Shown here one piece after another: positions 1 through 12,100 of a DNA stretch of 64,000 nucleotides. The stretch lies in NCBI GenBank assembly GCA_964106645.2, contig OZ067043.1; one strand, 5' to 3'. Under the pieces are notes generated by a model, which saw only the letters and a program-made list of their open reading frames with translations, did not search any database and was not told where the DNA came from. Made by a program: the position numbers and the translations under genes. Within the stretch, counting starts at the first letter, position 1, and each line of letters opens with the position of its first letter. This stretch comes from Podarcis pityusensis. Its lineage: Eukaryota.

Positions 1-455
1 CAATCACTCGTAGCCGAGTAAGATTGTCTTCCATAAACACGGTTTTATCAATGAGTCTAAGTGACCGTGGAGGCCAATTCTGGATCCACACATCCTTCCA
101 CAGTGGGGACATTGGTTTCTGGGCGGGAGCTGATCACGGTGTGGATTTGCCAAGCATGCCTTCCTCCTAGCACATTTTCCCCTTGCGTCCTGAGTTTGAG
201 TGTCTTCAAAACCCATGACACCTTTGGTAAAGGTTGTTCTCCAACTGGAGCACTCGCAGGCCAGTGTTTCCCAATTGTCAGTGTTTATACTACATTTTTT
301 TAGATTTGCCTTGAGACAGTCTATAAACCTCTTTTGTTGACCACCAGCATTACGCTTTCTATTTTTAAGTTCAGAATAGAGTAGTTGCTTTGGAAGACGA
401 TCATCAGGTATCCGCACAACATGACCAGTCCAACGAAGTCCCACTCGCTGGATCA
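1..455 (-). mobile_element. RTE-clade non-LTR retrotransposon, 3' fragment
   Basis: ORF 4..504(-) contains LRWTGHVVRIPDDRLPKQLLYSEL...GGQQKRFIDCLKANLK...WETLA and a C-terminal CPHCGRMCGSRIGLHGH zinc knuckle, typical of the post-RT C-terminus of RTE elements. Confidence 0.85.
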
Positions 456-505
456 TCACCTTGTTGTGATGAGTGGGCTTGCATGTTCCTATGACCATTG
501 TCATA

Positions 506-561
506 GGGGGCGCAAATTACTTGCCTTGCCCCGGGTGCTGACAACCCACGCTACGCCACTG
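506..561 (-). mobile_element. terminal fragment of hAT-like MITE (same family as 891-1058)
   Basis: Reverse complement of about 891-946; ends in ...CCACGCTACGCCACTG. Confidence 0.8.
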
Positions 562-890
562 TAAGGAACATAACATCCAGGACTGTGTACAGACTGTTCT
601 AACTTTCATAATGTCTATCCTTTTCTACATATGCCTCTCATTGGCTCTCTAATCTCATTCCCATTTCATTCAGTCCCTCAAAGCGACTCTTTCAGCTGTT
701 ATTTTTCAATGGACACATAATACTAGTCTTTCACTCTCAACTCTGGCCCATCTTCCATCCAACCTCCCTGCTCTCAGTCATTATTTCAGTCTTCTGTTGC
801 TGTCAGGCATTTATTTGGCTAGTATTTTAGATGCATAAACACTGAATCGCTTCGGTTTTTCCAAGAGGCAGCTGTCCTGTGCAACTCAGG

Positions 891-1058
891 CAGTGGCGTA
901 GCGTGGGTTGTCAGCACCCGGGGCAAGGCAAGTAATTTGCGCCCCCTAACCCTGAGTGAGCCAGGTAGGGGCAGAGAGCTGCGAGTGCGAGCGCGCGCCC
1001 CCCAGATGTTGCGCCCGGTGCAGCCGGCCCCCCCTGCACCCCCCACGCTACGCCACTG
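891..1058. mobile_element. hAT-superfamily MITE
   Basis: TIRs CAGTGGCGTAGCGTGGG/CCCACGCTACGCCACTG; perfect 8-bp TSD AACTCAGG at 883-890 and 1059-1066. Confidence 0.9.
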
Positions 1059-3324
1059 AACTCAGGTACACAATTGCATCAAGAAGCCCATCTGTAGGAG
1101 AGGTGGGGTGGTGACTGCTGCTAGTTCCAGAAGTTAGTCAAATAGATGACAGAGCTTGTAGTGATCCAAGTCATCTTGTGTGAAGTCTAGTGATGGACAT
1201 GATAACTTAGTTCTTTGTATGCTGTTTTCGGTCTGTACTACTGGAGTAACTTAAAAGTTAATATTATTATCTCCTCAGTGTGTCCTGCTGGCTGGCATCC
1301 TGGGAAAGACACTATCAAGCCTGATGTTCAGAAGAGTAGAGAGTACTTCTCCAAGCAGAACTAAATGTGCTGTGTGATTGTTTTTTTGTACAAGGCATCT
1401 ATTCTGTAACCTGTATAAGTAAAAGCAGACCTGTACTTGTCATTCTCCTTATTTTTAATAGTAAAATTATTGTGAGTTAACTGGTTTATAGTTCAGATGC
1501 CATTTATTCTGGATCAATCCAATTTACATTACTAGGACAGCTTTGGAGTAAATGGATTATGAACTGAAACATTGGTCAGTACTTAATAGCTATTGTTGAT
1601 AGTATATGTCCTTTTGATCAGAACCAGGAAAGGGAAATTGTTCCTTGTGCTAGTGTGGATAAAAAGGACCAGTACCATGTATATGATTGGCCCAGGGATA
1701 TAGAACAGGCATGTAGAACAGTCGGTTTTTCTGATGTTTTGTACTGTCATTAAACTGTCATTAAACATTAAATGTCTCTAATTAATTGAGTGATTTCAGT
1801 ATAGCAGGAACATGCAATAGCTCTTCTGAAAGGGCATTCTTTCTGTTAGAAAGCTTGTCTTTGTACTCCTTTGAGGGGGGTGGTATTTCTGAGCTGGGTG
1901 TGAAAAGATAATCCAATACATATCAACGTGTAAAAAACCCTAAGCTTTATGTAACCCCTGCTACATACTTTGTTAACCATGTTGCCAAACCCTTTTAGCC
2001 ATGTAACAGATGCTGCAGCCTTCAGTCTAATAACTCATGACTTACAGACTTTCACTATCCAAAACCTGAACCGCAAGCCTAAAATCATCCATTGATCTTA
2101 GTCCTTGCGTAGTCCTAATTGCCTTCCTATCAGTACTGGCTCTGATATGGTCCCTTCCCTCTCACAACATTTTGTGTACTTACGCAGTTCTGGAATTTCT
2201 CTACATTATTTATTTATTTTCTGTTTCTAAGTGTATGAACTGCCAAGTCATAGGAAAAAAATCATGGCAGTATACAGTACAATAAAACAACATAAAATAC
2301 AGATCAAATTACCAACAAGGAATCAAATAAATCGTTTAAAAATGACTGGAGAAAGCAACTTTTATCGGCGACAAATTATCAAAGTGGTAAGTCTTGAAAC
2401 AATGTTCCAGAGCACCTGTGCTGCTATGCTAAATGTTGGTTCCCGTAGAAACTTAATCTATGTCAGGAGGGCTTCAGAAGAGTGCTGTGATCTGGCCGGT
2501 TTATAAGGGATAAAGTGGTCATTTAGGTAACGTGGTAGATGTTTAGAAGCATTGGGGATGTGATGGTACCGTGAGAGAGCCAATAGTAAAAATGCCAGCG
2601 GTTTATAGTCCTCCAGAGTCATTCTCTGAAAGGTCCTGCAGAAAGGTACAGAACCAGTGAAGTAAAGTGCCACAAATCCCCACCCAGCACTGCTGGTCCA
2701 AGTGGGTACCATGATTGTTGTCAAAAAAGAGCGAGCTGCAGGGTCACACTCTCCTGTGATCAAGGTCATCCATCAGGACCACTAATGCGGACTAGGTCCC
2801 AAAACAACTTGAAGCCAGACTGAGGTAGCTCAGGAGTACATGTTTCACACCTGCACTCAGTAAATTAGAGGATCAACATGCTTCCCAGAAATATGAAAGG
2901 AGTAATATATGATATATAAATTGATAAAATAGCATCTTAAAAGCAAACTTCCTGTACTTGTCCAAGCATTAGAATACAAAACAGCTGCTAAAAGTGCTTG
3001 ATCTTGAGAACCCATTCAGGTTGAACATTCTGCAATTTAGGGGCTATCCTGAGGAAGCGGGAAACAGTACTTGCTGCACTAACTGATAGAACCCACAATG
3101 TGGCACTGCCACCTAACATTAGGAAATACCCCCACAAGGCACTATATTAAAAGGACTTGATTTCCTAAGATTGCAGAGCATCAATTGAGATGGTGATATT
3201 CAAATACCTCCTATAGCTGGGGTCCTCTCTTAAATTGATAGCGTCAAGTGAATTAATGCAGTAAGGATTACTAGCAGACTTCTGGTTAATTCAAAGTACA
3301 TTCTTCTGAGGCAGTCCCTTCACT

Positions 3325-3782
3325 TTATCCCCCTTGCCCCGCTTCCATGGGTGGCTCTAACAGGACTGGCTGAAATGTGCTGGCACACACCCAAGGCTTC
3401 TGTAGCTGTTTTATATTTTTATATTCTTTGGCTCTCCTTTCCTTCTGATTCTCCATGTTTGGTATCCTCACTTGCCATCATACTAGTCTTTGCTGTGTTA
3501 CACACCTGTGAAGGTAATAATAGGCATCTGGTGTATGACACAGACAAACAGAATTAACTGCTAGAAAAATTAGAGGGGAGCTAACAAAGGCAGTTGCTAT
3601 TGCTTGTTGTGTACAAGGAGTAAGATTAATGAGGATTAGGAATCAGAAGAGCTTCATACTTCCGTACCAAGAACAATTGCCACATTGATCCTTGCATGCG
3701 GAGCGCACAACTTTTCAACACCATTATGATATTGGCAGATAACACTGTAGATTTATGGATGTAGAAATCTAGTTTACCACAC
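3325..3782 (-). pseudogene. Decayed tandem duplicate of SELENOP2 (copies of coding exons 3 and 4)
   Basis: 3664-3782 reads CGKLDFYIH...KDQCGNCSWY (functional exon: CSRLAFHIQ...KDYCGNCSWY) with a net +1 frameshift. 3325-3505 shares the acceptor context ATTACCTTCACAG|GTG and AAGCCTTGGGT...CAGCCAGT with exon 9197-9448. Confidence 0.8.
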
Positions 3783-4979
3783 CTCCAAAGCACGTGAAGA
3801 TAAGCAGGATAAGAACTGGTGCCACAAAACCTGGAGATTAATCATTATGCTTTTTAAAATTATATGTTGTAAGCTGTTCTTAAAACTTTTTTTGTAGGTG
3901 TGGGATTTAAAATTGTAGAAAGTTGCCATTAAAGTTGCAGCAACCCATACCTAAAACAAAAATAAAATATTTAGATGTGCTGGAGAAGACTGTTCTTATT
4001 TTTAGGAAATGGCCTGTTGAGTTTTTGAGCTCACAGCTAGTTTTCAAATGTACTTTCATGCAAAAATAGAATCATAATTAGAGTGAAGTAATCATTCTTA
4101 CTGTATTTTATGAAGCTCTACCAATATTTTGTAGAAGCTATACAATATAAAACCTACATATTCACAAGAGGACTTCTGAGTTGTCAGTAGAAATATTGTT
4201 TAAAATGATGATTTGAAATAATTTCTTAAAACTTTTCTGAGCTCCTCATTATAAAATGAATATCATTGTAAACCAGAAGCATACTGCTTTGAATGAATTA
4301 TTTGATAAATGAGTTTTATACTTGGGAATTACATGTGAGGACTCTTACTTATACAACAGATGGTGAAAGATTCAAAGCACAATCCCATGCATTCGTATCC
4401 AGAAGAAAATCCTAGTGATTTCAGTGTGCATGTAAGATTTTACACTGTAATCAGTATGTATAAGACTGCAAACTTAAAGACTAATCAAACATGGCCTATT
4501 TATAGGGAATGACTCTTAAATAAGTTTTAGAAACTCATTAGCATTTTGGATTTTATATTGTATCACCTATGTAAATACTCCTGAATACTATATGAACATA
4601 ACATTCCAATGGAAGCAATTACTCTACATGTGTAAACTTTAAATGTGCCAGACCATTTTCTATAAATGAGTTTCTAAAGCACCGTTAGACATTTTAATTG
4701 AATAATGAAGCCAGTTAACAAAACCCCTCTGAATTGGCTAGATAGGCTTTTGTTTCTTTTTACTTCACTGCCCAACAGGGGAAAGTGGATTGGGCAGGGA
4801 AAGTGTACTTAAGAGGCATTAAAGCATATTTACCCCACAGCTGCCTCCTCCGTTGCTGATTAAAGCCTAATGCTGTCCCACTTTTGAGGCTTCCAACAGA
4901 AGTACTACATCTCCTAAAGGCAGCCCATAGTGTGGATTCCATGGAGAAATAGACATGGACACAGCCTCTCCTTCCCTCC

Positions 4980-4982
<3 letters not shown>

Positions 4983-5063
<81 letters not shown>
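4983..5063. repeat. compound (CT)n(CA)n microsatellite
   Basis: Directly visible. Confidence 0.97.
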
Positions 5064-5066
<3 letters not shown>

Positions 5067-5719
5067 CATTCTGCTTTTCATTCTTTGGCTGATCCCTCAG
5101 ATGAACAGGGTTAAAGGGCCTCTAAAGCAAATGGCAATGTTAAGTAGAAGATAAAAAAGCTGTACAGATGTTTACACAACCTCATGGTCCTTGGTGCTAG
5201 GCAAGTAAGAGACAAGCTTATGGGTGCAAATGCAGGGGGAATTGTAAACAGAGCATACACAAAGGGAGGGAGGAGGACTGTTCCTCACAGACTGTAGCCT
5301 AGCAAATTTTATCACTCCTTTCTCTGTGTGGTATACTACCCACCCTGTAGACTTGTGTAGGTTTGATTTTTAAGGCAAATAATCAGAAGGGTAAGAGGAT
5401 CCGAACCCTCCTTCCACTCAGTACTTAATTTTCCATAGTTCCCTGCCAAAATGCTTCTCATCCAGTTAAAGTCACTTCCAATATTGGAGCTCATCCATGG
5501 AGAAAAATTATGGGAGGGGAAGATGTTAACATCAATAATATTGTTACTGCTTCCCTCTGAAGAGCTTTAACAATAAAAATCTGTGGGAAAGACTTTGCTG
5601 TTCTACCAATTCTACCCTAAATGCTAAGGCTCCTTTAACTGAGCATCTATTTGATTTGATTCTGTAATCATGCTGTCAAACAAAACCCTAATGCGATTTA
5701 GTACCAAGGCAAAATACAT

Positions 5720-5862
5720 GTAATAATAAAAATAGTTTTATTATTTGCACCCCACCCATCTGACTGGGTTGCCCCAGCCACTCTGGACTGCTTCCAACAT
5801 ATATAAAAACATAATTAAACATTACAAAAGTTCCCTGTGCAGGGCGGCCTTCAGATGTCTTC
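5720..5862 (-). mobile_element. LINE (L2-like) 3' end fragment
   Basis: Reverse-strand homolog of about 24850-24985 (ATCTGAAGGC.GCCCTG...CCAGAG.GGCTGGGG.AACCCAG.CAGATGGG) with a TAA-rich tail; family assignment from recognition only. Confidence 0.6.
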
Positions 5863-6376
5863 TTTCTCCATTTGCAGTGGGATTGCATCCTCCACCATGC
5901 CTGACAACATCTTGCCTCCACTTTTATCCCCCTAGCATCTACCACCTGAGGTGGCTGCTTCACTCTGCCCAGTGGTAGGGCCAGCCTTGTCCATCAAAAA
6001 GAGACTACATCTGCAATGCTATACCCACATACTTGGCAGTAAGTGCCATAGAACTCAAATGAGGCTTTATTCTGAGTAGGCATAAACAGGCAAACTATAA
6101 GATATTTTCTGGCTGCTGCAAACAGAGAGGCCAGTTTAAAGAGGATCTTTAGCAAATATTTGACCTGCATGTTAGATGAGATTAGCATTAAACATGATAA
6201 TAATAGTCTTGCTCCAGTTTTGCTGTGAACCTGTGGACTCTGCTGCAAATGTAAGCAAACAGGACATGAGGCAAAGGAGTTTAGTTTGGATAATGGGAGC
6301 TGTGGGCTGGGGCAGAGGGCATCAGGAAAGCTGGATCAGAGCCCAAGGCCAGCATTAGGTAGGAATGTTGTTGTCC

Positions 6377-6458
6377 TAAGCAAAACATCATTTTGCCCAT
6401 CTTTTTAGCACTTTTAGTTTTTTAAGCAAAACATAATTTTGCCCATCTTTTTAGCACT
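6377..6458. repeat. short tandem duplication (about 35-bp core)
   Basis: TAAGCAAAACAT(C/A)ATTTT...GCCCATCTTTTTAGCACT occurs twice. Confidence 0.85.
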
Positions 6459-8518
6459 GGTACTACTGAAGATTTTTTTCTTTGGTAATTAATAATGGTA
6501 ATGCTGTACATAGAAATAAAGGGAAGAGATTGTAAATACAATTGGAATGTTAAAAAAACCAAAACAAGCCAGCCATATAATTACTTTGTTTGGTACAAAA
6601 CTATCAGCAAGAAAATAGTCTCTTAACAATTAAATTATGACCTAGCTGCTGTAGATTGGGCCTCTGCAGATTTCTGGGGGGCAGGGATGGTTTCAGCTAG
6701 GTATGTACATAAGTTGGAAATGAACTAAAGGAACATAAAAAGGGAACGGAACAGCATGTGGGAAGGACAGCTAAATCTTTGCATGTCAGTTGGGCAAGTA
6801 ATCAAATATTACACCAGATCATAGCAGCTACCATATGGCTGCACGGTGGGGTGGGAATATTGTTTTTGTTTGTTACTACGTTATGTATTGTGGAGAGCAA
6901 GACTGCTAAGAACATTAAACTAGTTGTTAAGCAACTAAGGCTGCAAGTTGAATCACAGTTGCGAGCAGTTTATTTAGCGTCCATTGTGCTGGTTATGCCC
7001 TGGGTGAAGGCGATTAATTATATGACATATTACCAAAAGCTATAAATTATGTCATAGCTCTAATACATGTAAGTTAAGAGTAGCCAGCATGTACAGATAT
7101 CAGGAAAGTTTTGATATACACAAGGGGATAAATAAATCTGCAGTAAGTATGCTGTTTACACCAAAGGTGGCTTGTTAACTATAAGCACCTCACTGACAGC
7201 CTAATGCCCTTTTATTGCTTGCAGAATTTCAAAGGCTGCCTTCTTCCACAAGAACCTCCTGAACTACTAATATTATACCAGGAGGCCCTTCTTTAGATCT
7301 CCCCACTTTCAGGGACTCTGATTGGGTCTTTCCAGCTATACTGCCCTGTCTTTCCTAGAAAAGCTTGCCTGACACCAGCAGCAAGCCTTATGAATATCTG
7401 GGGCCAGGTGAAGAACTGTTTTATTTCATTTATTTCATTGAATTCTGATCATGCTTCTTGCTTGCCTGGGTGAAGAATAGAGAGGAATGTGTGAACATGA
7501 AGAAACTAGCCTACTGGTATGAAAGGTAAAATTAACCATTGTTGCTTCATTCACTTTTGCCTCTGGCCCTGTGCACCACTGGCAGGCAGCCCTCAGAAGG
7601 CTACCCAGAAGCAAATGTGGCCCTTGGGCTGAAATAAGTTCTTCACTCCAGTCTACAGCATGTGTGAGTGTAATCAGCAGGGTTATAATTGTGAGCTACC
7701 TATTACAGATGTTATACCTATGGCAGGTCCTGTAAATTGAAGATTGGTCCCTTTAGCCACCAGCTGAGATGTAATAAAAAGGAATTGAGGCTTTCAAAGA
7801 AATGCCATAAACCTATGGGCAGCTGCCACCATTTGCAGTCTAGTCTAGCTGGCTTTACTAACTAGGGTTACTTTGGAATAAACAGATTATAGGTGGATAC
7901 GTATCAGCATTAACAATACAATAAAGACAGATTACACCCTCCCGTAAATATTTGTAGCAGTAGCTTCCTAAAACTGGGATGTGGAGGACTTGTACAGTGT
8001 GCACCAATTCACTGACCTTCAACAAATAACAGGAACCTGGACTATTCTCAATAAGGACTGCTCAGTATGCCAAAAATGCAGATAAACTATGGGACATCTC
8101 TTAAATGTTGAAGGTGAATACGTGTTCTACAATGCTGTGTACTGTCTGAAATAAATGACACCATTTGTACATTAAGGTATTGTGAGCAAAGACTTCAAAC
8201 ATTTCAGAGAATTTATTTCCAACATTCTTTCCCAGAAACAGTTATACTACTTTTAATCAGCAAGCAGTGCATCCCTTTTCATTAATTTTCCTGATAAATG
8301 GCATTTTCTTCCCTTGTTCAGCTCTCATAGCCCTGACAAACTCAACTCTCACCTCAGACTTCTCTGTCTTTCATACTTCTATCAACATACCTGTAAACTT
8401 GGCTAATTCTGTCTCACCACTTCCATTCCTACAAACCGCAAATGTTCTTTACTTGTTGTATTACTTCCAGCAATACAACAAATGTCTTTTTACAAGCTAG
8501 TAATTTGTGTGCATGGAC

Positions 8519-8524
8519 TTTAAT
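8519..8524 (-). terminator. candidate poly(A) signal (ATTAAA) of SELENOP2
   Basis: ATTAAA on the minus strand about 120 nt 3' of the SECIS; alternative AATAAA at 8212-8217. Confidence 0.4.
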
Positions 8525-8634
8525 GTACAAAATCTTGAGCCCTAGGCTCAAAGTCAGCCTTCTCTGCCACAGTCAGTCACCCTCCTGCTAATACCAGTTC
8601 TGATCCCCATCCTTCCATCTCCAAGGACATGCTT

Positions 8635-8695
8635 TTATGTACGGTGTCAGCATGTGGTGACAGAAAGTTTACATCACATGCTTCATTGAGTGCAG
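8635..8695 (-). promoter_or_regulatory. SECIS element in the SELENOP2 3' UTR
   Basis: Minus strand reads caAUGA-AGCAUGUGAUGU-AAA-CUUUCUGU-CACCACAUGC-UGAC: AUGA/UGAC non-Watson-Crick quartet, helix GCAUGUG/CACAUGC, unpaired AAA 12 nt after AUGA. Confidence 0.9.
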
Positions 8696-9196
8696 AAAAG
8701 CAGGAAATGCAAAAATGGGGTCAAAATTGGCTTCTCAAGAAGCTGATTACCATAGCAGCTCTGTGTTCCTGAGGAAAACAAGATGGCTTCCTTAGGCAGT
8801 CCTCACCACAGAAATGGGGTGTATCTAAAAATCCATCTGAGCCCAAGAGGAACACCACCTTAAGGCTTGGTGGAACAAAACTGGTGGATATGAGGTTAAC
8901 TGGGAGACAGATTCAAAATGAGGATAGAAGTCTCATTGTGGACAAGCAGTTAAACTTTCCAATCACATATATGACACAACAAAAGTTTTTGTTGTGTCCT
9001 CTGCTATCTGTTGAGAGACCTTGAATGATTAGGGAGTGGAACATTTACTTCCCTTCCCCTGCTGAAAACTGAGCCATCATATTTCTTCCTTCTGATGCAT
9101 GTAAGTTTGTCCCCTGGCTCTTCTTAAAAGCTTGCTTAGTGCTAAGTATGCTTATGGCTAACAGTTGGGTGTTGCATACATTGAAGTTTAAATGTT

Positions 9197-12100
9197 TTAT
9201 GGGGATTCCCTTGTTTGATGCTTCTGTGAGTGATTCTGAGAGTGGAGAACTGGCTGGTGTGTACTGCTCAAACCCAAGGCTTTATGGTTGCCGACTCCTC
9301 CATGATGTGAATAGTGATGGGCTGTGTGCTTGGTGTTAGGTGCTTCTTGGCTTGGCTCATCGTGATGGTACCTGGGTTCTTCCAGGTGCTTCTCTTTGTG
9401 TCCAGATGCCTCAGTTGTCGTCACATTAGTACTTGCTGTCTTATTCACCTGTGAAGGTAATGAAAGATTCTAGTATACAGATGGGCTTAGGGTGAAGACA
9501 GAAACACATTTTTAAAAGTGAAGATGGATGTATATATCTGAAGTGATCTGCATTCAGCCCTTTTTGACAAAATATGTAAACTTCCAAAATCAACTGAGCT
9601 CAGAACAACTGCTACTTTCTGTTTTCAGGAGAAATTGGCTGTGAAGAATGGTGATTGCCTGGCAGTCACTTAAAAAGTGGTTTTAAAGAATGTGTAAAAT
9701 AGAAGTTTAAATGAGTAAACATGCTGGATGTTTAGGCGTAGAAATGGTTTTTAAAAGCCCAAAGTTTGAGAGGCAAAAAGCTGCACAGGAGTTTAAGCCA
9801 AGTATATATCTCTCTCAAAAGAGCAGGGAGGGAAGAAGGTTTGATTTCTCCAGATCAGAAAAACCTGCACCGACTCCTGGAAGGAGATCTGTTTGACTTC
9901 ACTCTCGGTATGGTCGAAATGGCTTAAAAGGTATTTATAATATTTTGCTGCATTGGCTATCGGGGCAGCAAAAAACTAAAATAGGTAATACATCAGGGCC
10001 CTCCCGCAATCCCACCTTGAGGAATGAACTTTCAGATCACTGATGGGGCAGGAAGTGACACCACAGGACAAGACAGCAGTTATTATTTCTTCTGTCCAAG
10101 GAACAATATGCTCCCATTCATTGGGAACAGGGAACACTTCAACCTGACAAATTAAGGGTGTTTTTTCAATAACTGAGGGCAGACAATGGTTACTGGGTGA
10201 GGCTCAAGCAGTACATGATAGCAGCAGACCCGGGTCTTGCCCCACCATGTGCAAAACAGGAAGGTGGGGTTGACTTTAGAGAAAAGAGGTGCCTGGGTGA
10301 GGGGAACCAAACCTTTCCTGCACTTGATGCCACACAGTTTCTGTTCCAAAGTGTCTTTCTCCAAGTCAATCTCACTTTTAGTATCTGAACTCAACTGGGG
10401 AGAAAAGCACTTGGGGGAGGGCAAGCACTTGGGGGAGTGTGAGAAGCTGAAAGTGGGGGGGGGGGTTAGCATGTCCTCCCACCTGGGTTCTCCTGGACCC
10501 CTCCACGCTACACTATCTGTGACTGCGGCAGACCTGGTGTCTCCATCTGCAATTTGCTTCTGAGGTTTTTATTTCAAGATGGTTTACTTCCTGCCAAGAT
10601 GAAAGATGCTTTGTGGTATCTCAACATCCTTTCTCCTTGCTTGCTGTAGTGGCCCAATATAATAAAACCCTCCCTTCCACCTTCTCCTTCCACATCCCTT
10701 CTGTAAGACCGATCTGATCAGAAACCTAGAATTCCCAGGCAGAAGTTCAGGATGGGCAAATGAGGAAATGTCTGGCTTAAATAAAATAGTTGAAAAGGAA
10801 GTTGATGAGGGGATTCAAGTCCCTACCTCCTGGCTGCTGTTAGAGGGGTACCAGGAACAATTGCCGCAGTAGTCTTTGCTGTGTGTGTACCGCACGGCTG
10901 CTTCAACATAGGGCAAGTGCAGAAAACTGTATGGCAGCTGGATGTGGAAAGCCAGCCTGCTGCACCTGCAAAGCCCGAGAGCCATGAAACAAATGGACAT
11001 AAAGTTAGTGTCAGGAGAGCCTGTAATCCACTAATTTACACTGGAAATGAATCTAACCTGGCCTGAAGAATCTGGTTTTCCTCACCAACAGTTGTGAGAC
11101 ATGATGGTAAAGAGAAACACTTACATCATGGTATGTCCTTTCTTTCCAGATGTGTCCTCAAACAGACTTTTTGATAATGTATTCAGGAATCCTGAATTCC
11201 ATATGTCTTACTTTCCTTCCTTCCTTCTGCCCAGGCCTGCAGACCCCCATTGGCCTCCCATCAGCAGCTGCCTACGGAGCACCCTCTTCTGCCCCCGCTA
11301 GTGCTGCTGATGGGATCCCTGCTGGTGGCAGCAGGGGCTTTCAGCAGCCAAGGAAGGAGCTGGACTGAGCCGCCCTGCAGATGGTCCCACTGCCAGAACT
11401 GGGCTTCTTCCAGGCTCAATTGCTGCACCAGCTCCAAGCTGGCTCAGTGATCTGCCTTCCCTCCCTTCTGCCCCGGCTGCTATGCACAGCAGTGGCCCTG
11501 ACTCTCCAAAAACCCTATCAGTCTGGGTGGGTGGGGAGTTAGCATTGCTCCCTTAAGCACTGACCTGTCATAGATCAGGAAGTCATCCTTGTCCCCATCT
11601 AGAATTTGCCAGACGTCAGGCTCCAGAATCTGCTGCTGGTAAACAGGAACTCCCTCTGGGGCATGCCGTTTGAGCTCCCAGTACATGGCCCTGGAGAAAG
11701 GAGTCTTCTCATTCACAATCATGAAGCTGACATTGGTCACTCCTTCAAGTGACAGCTTCCTCTGCAAGCTGCCAAGGCTGGTGGGTAGGAAGAACAAGTA
11801 ACGTTTAGGAAATGAGGTGCACAGATATAGGTTCCAGCCCTTGTCCTCTGCACATACCATGTGGGATATGAGCCTGCACTGCTGGACGGAGGCCCCTTCA
11901 TTTATCAGTTCACTGGACTTGCCATTACAGCGGTCCCTGCTACATAGATCCAGCAATAGGTTAAATGATACATATTATGCTTGAGCTGTAATTCACCAGG
12001 GAAATTGCATCCACCATCTATAAGCGTGTTATATCTGGCCTGCTGCAGCCCAGGCCTCAATTTTTGATTGTTGAACTGGAGCTTATAGACAATCAGTTCA

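Noticed and set aside
1990-2040. AUGA-N12-AA pattern on the minus strand (second SECIS candidate)
   Set aside because: No proper helix II and no matching GA on the 3' side
4867-5154. ORFs with ER/CV/SL/HT runs
   Set aside because: Translations of the (CT)n(CA)n microsatellite
5340-5590. Minus-strand acceptor TTTCCCACAG followed by weakly exon-2-like sequence
   Set aside because: Similarity to SELENOP2 exon 2 is too low to support and no convincing reading frame
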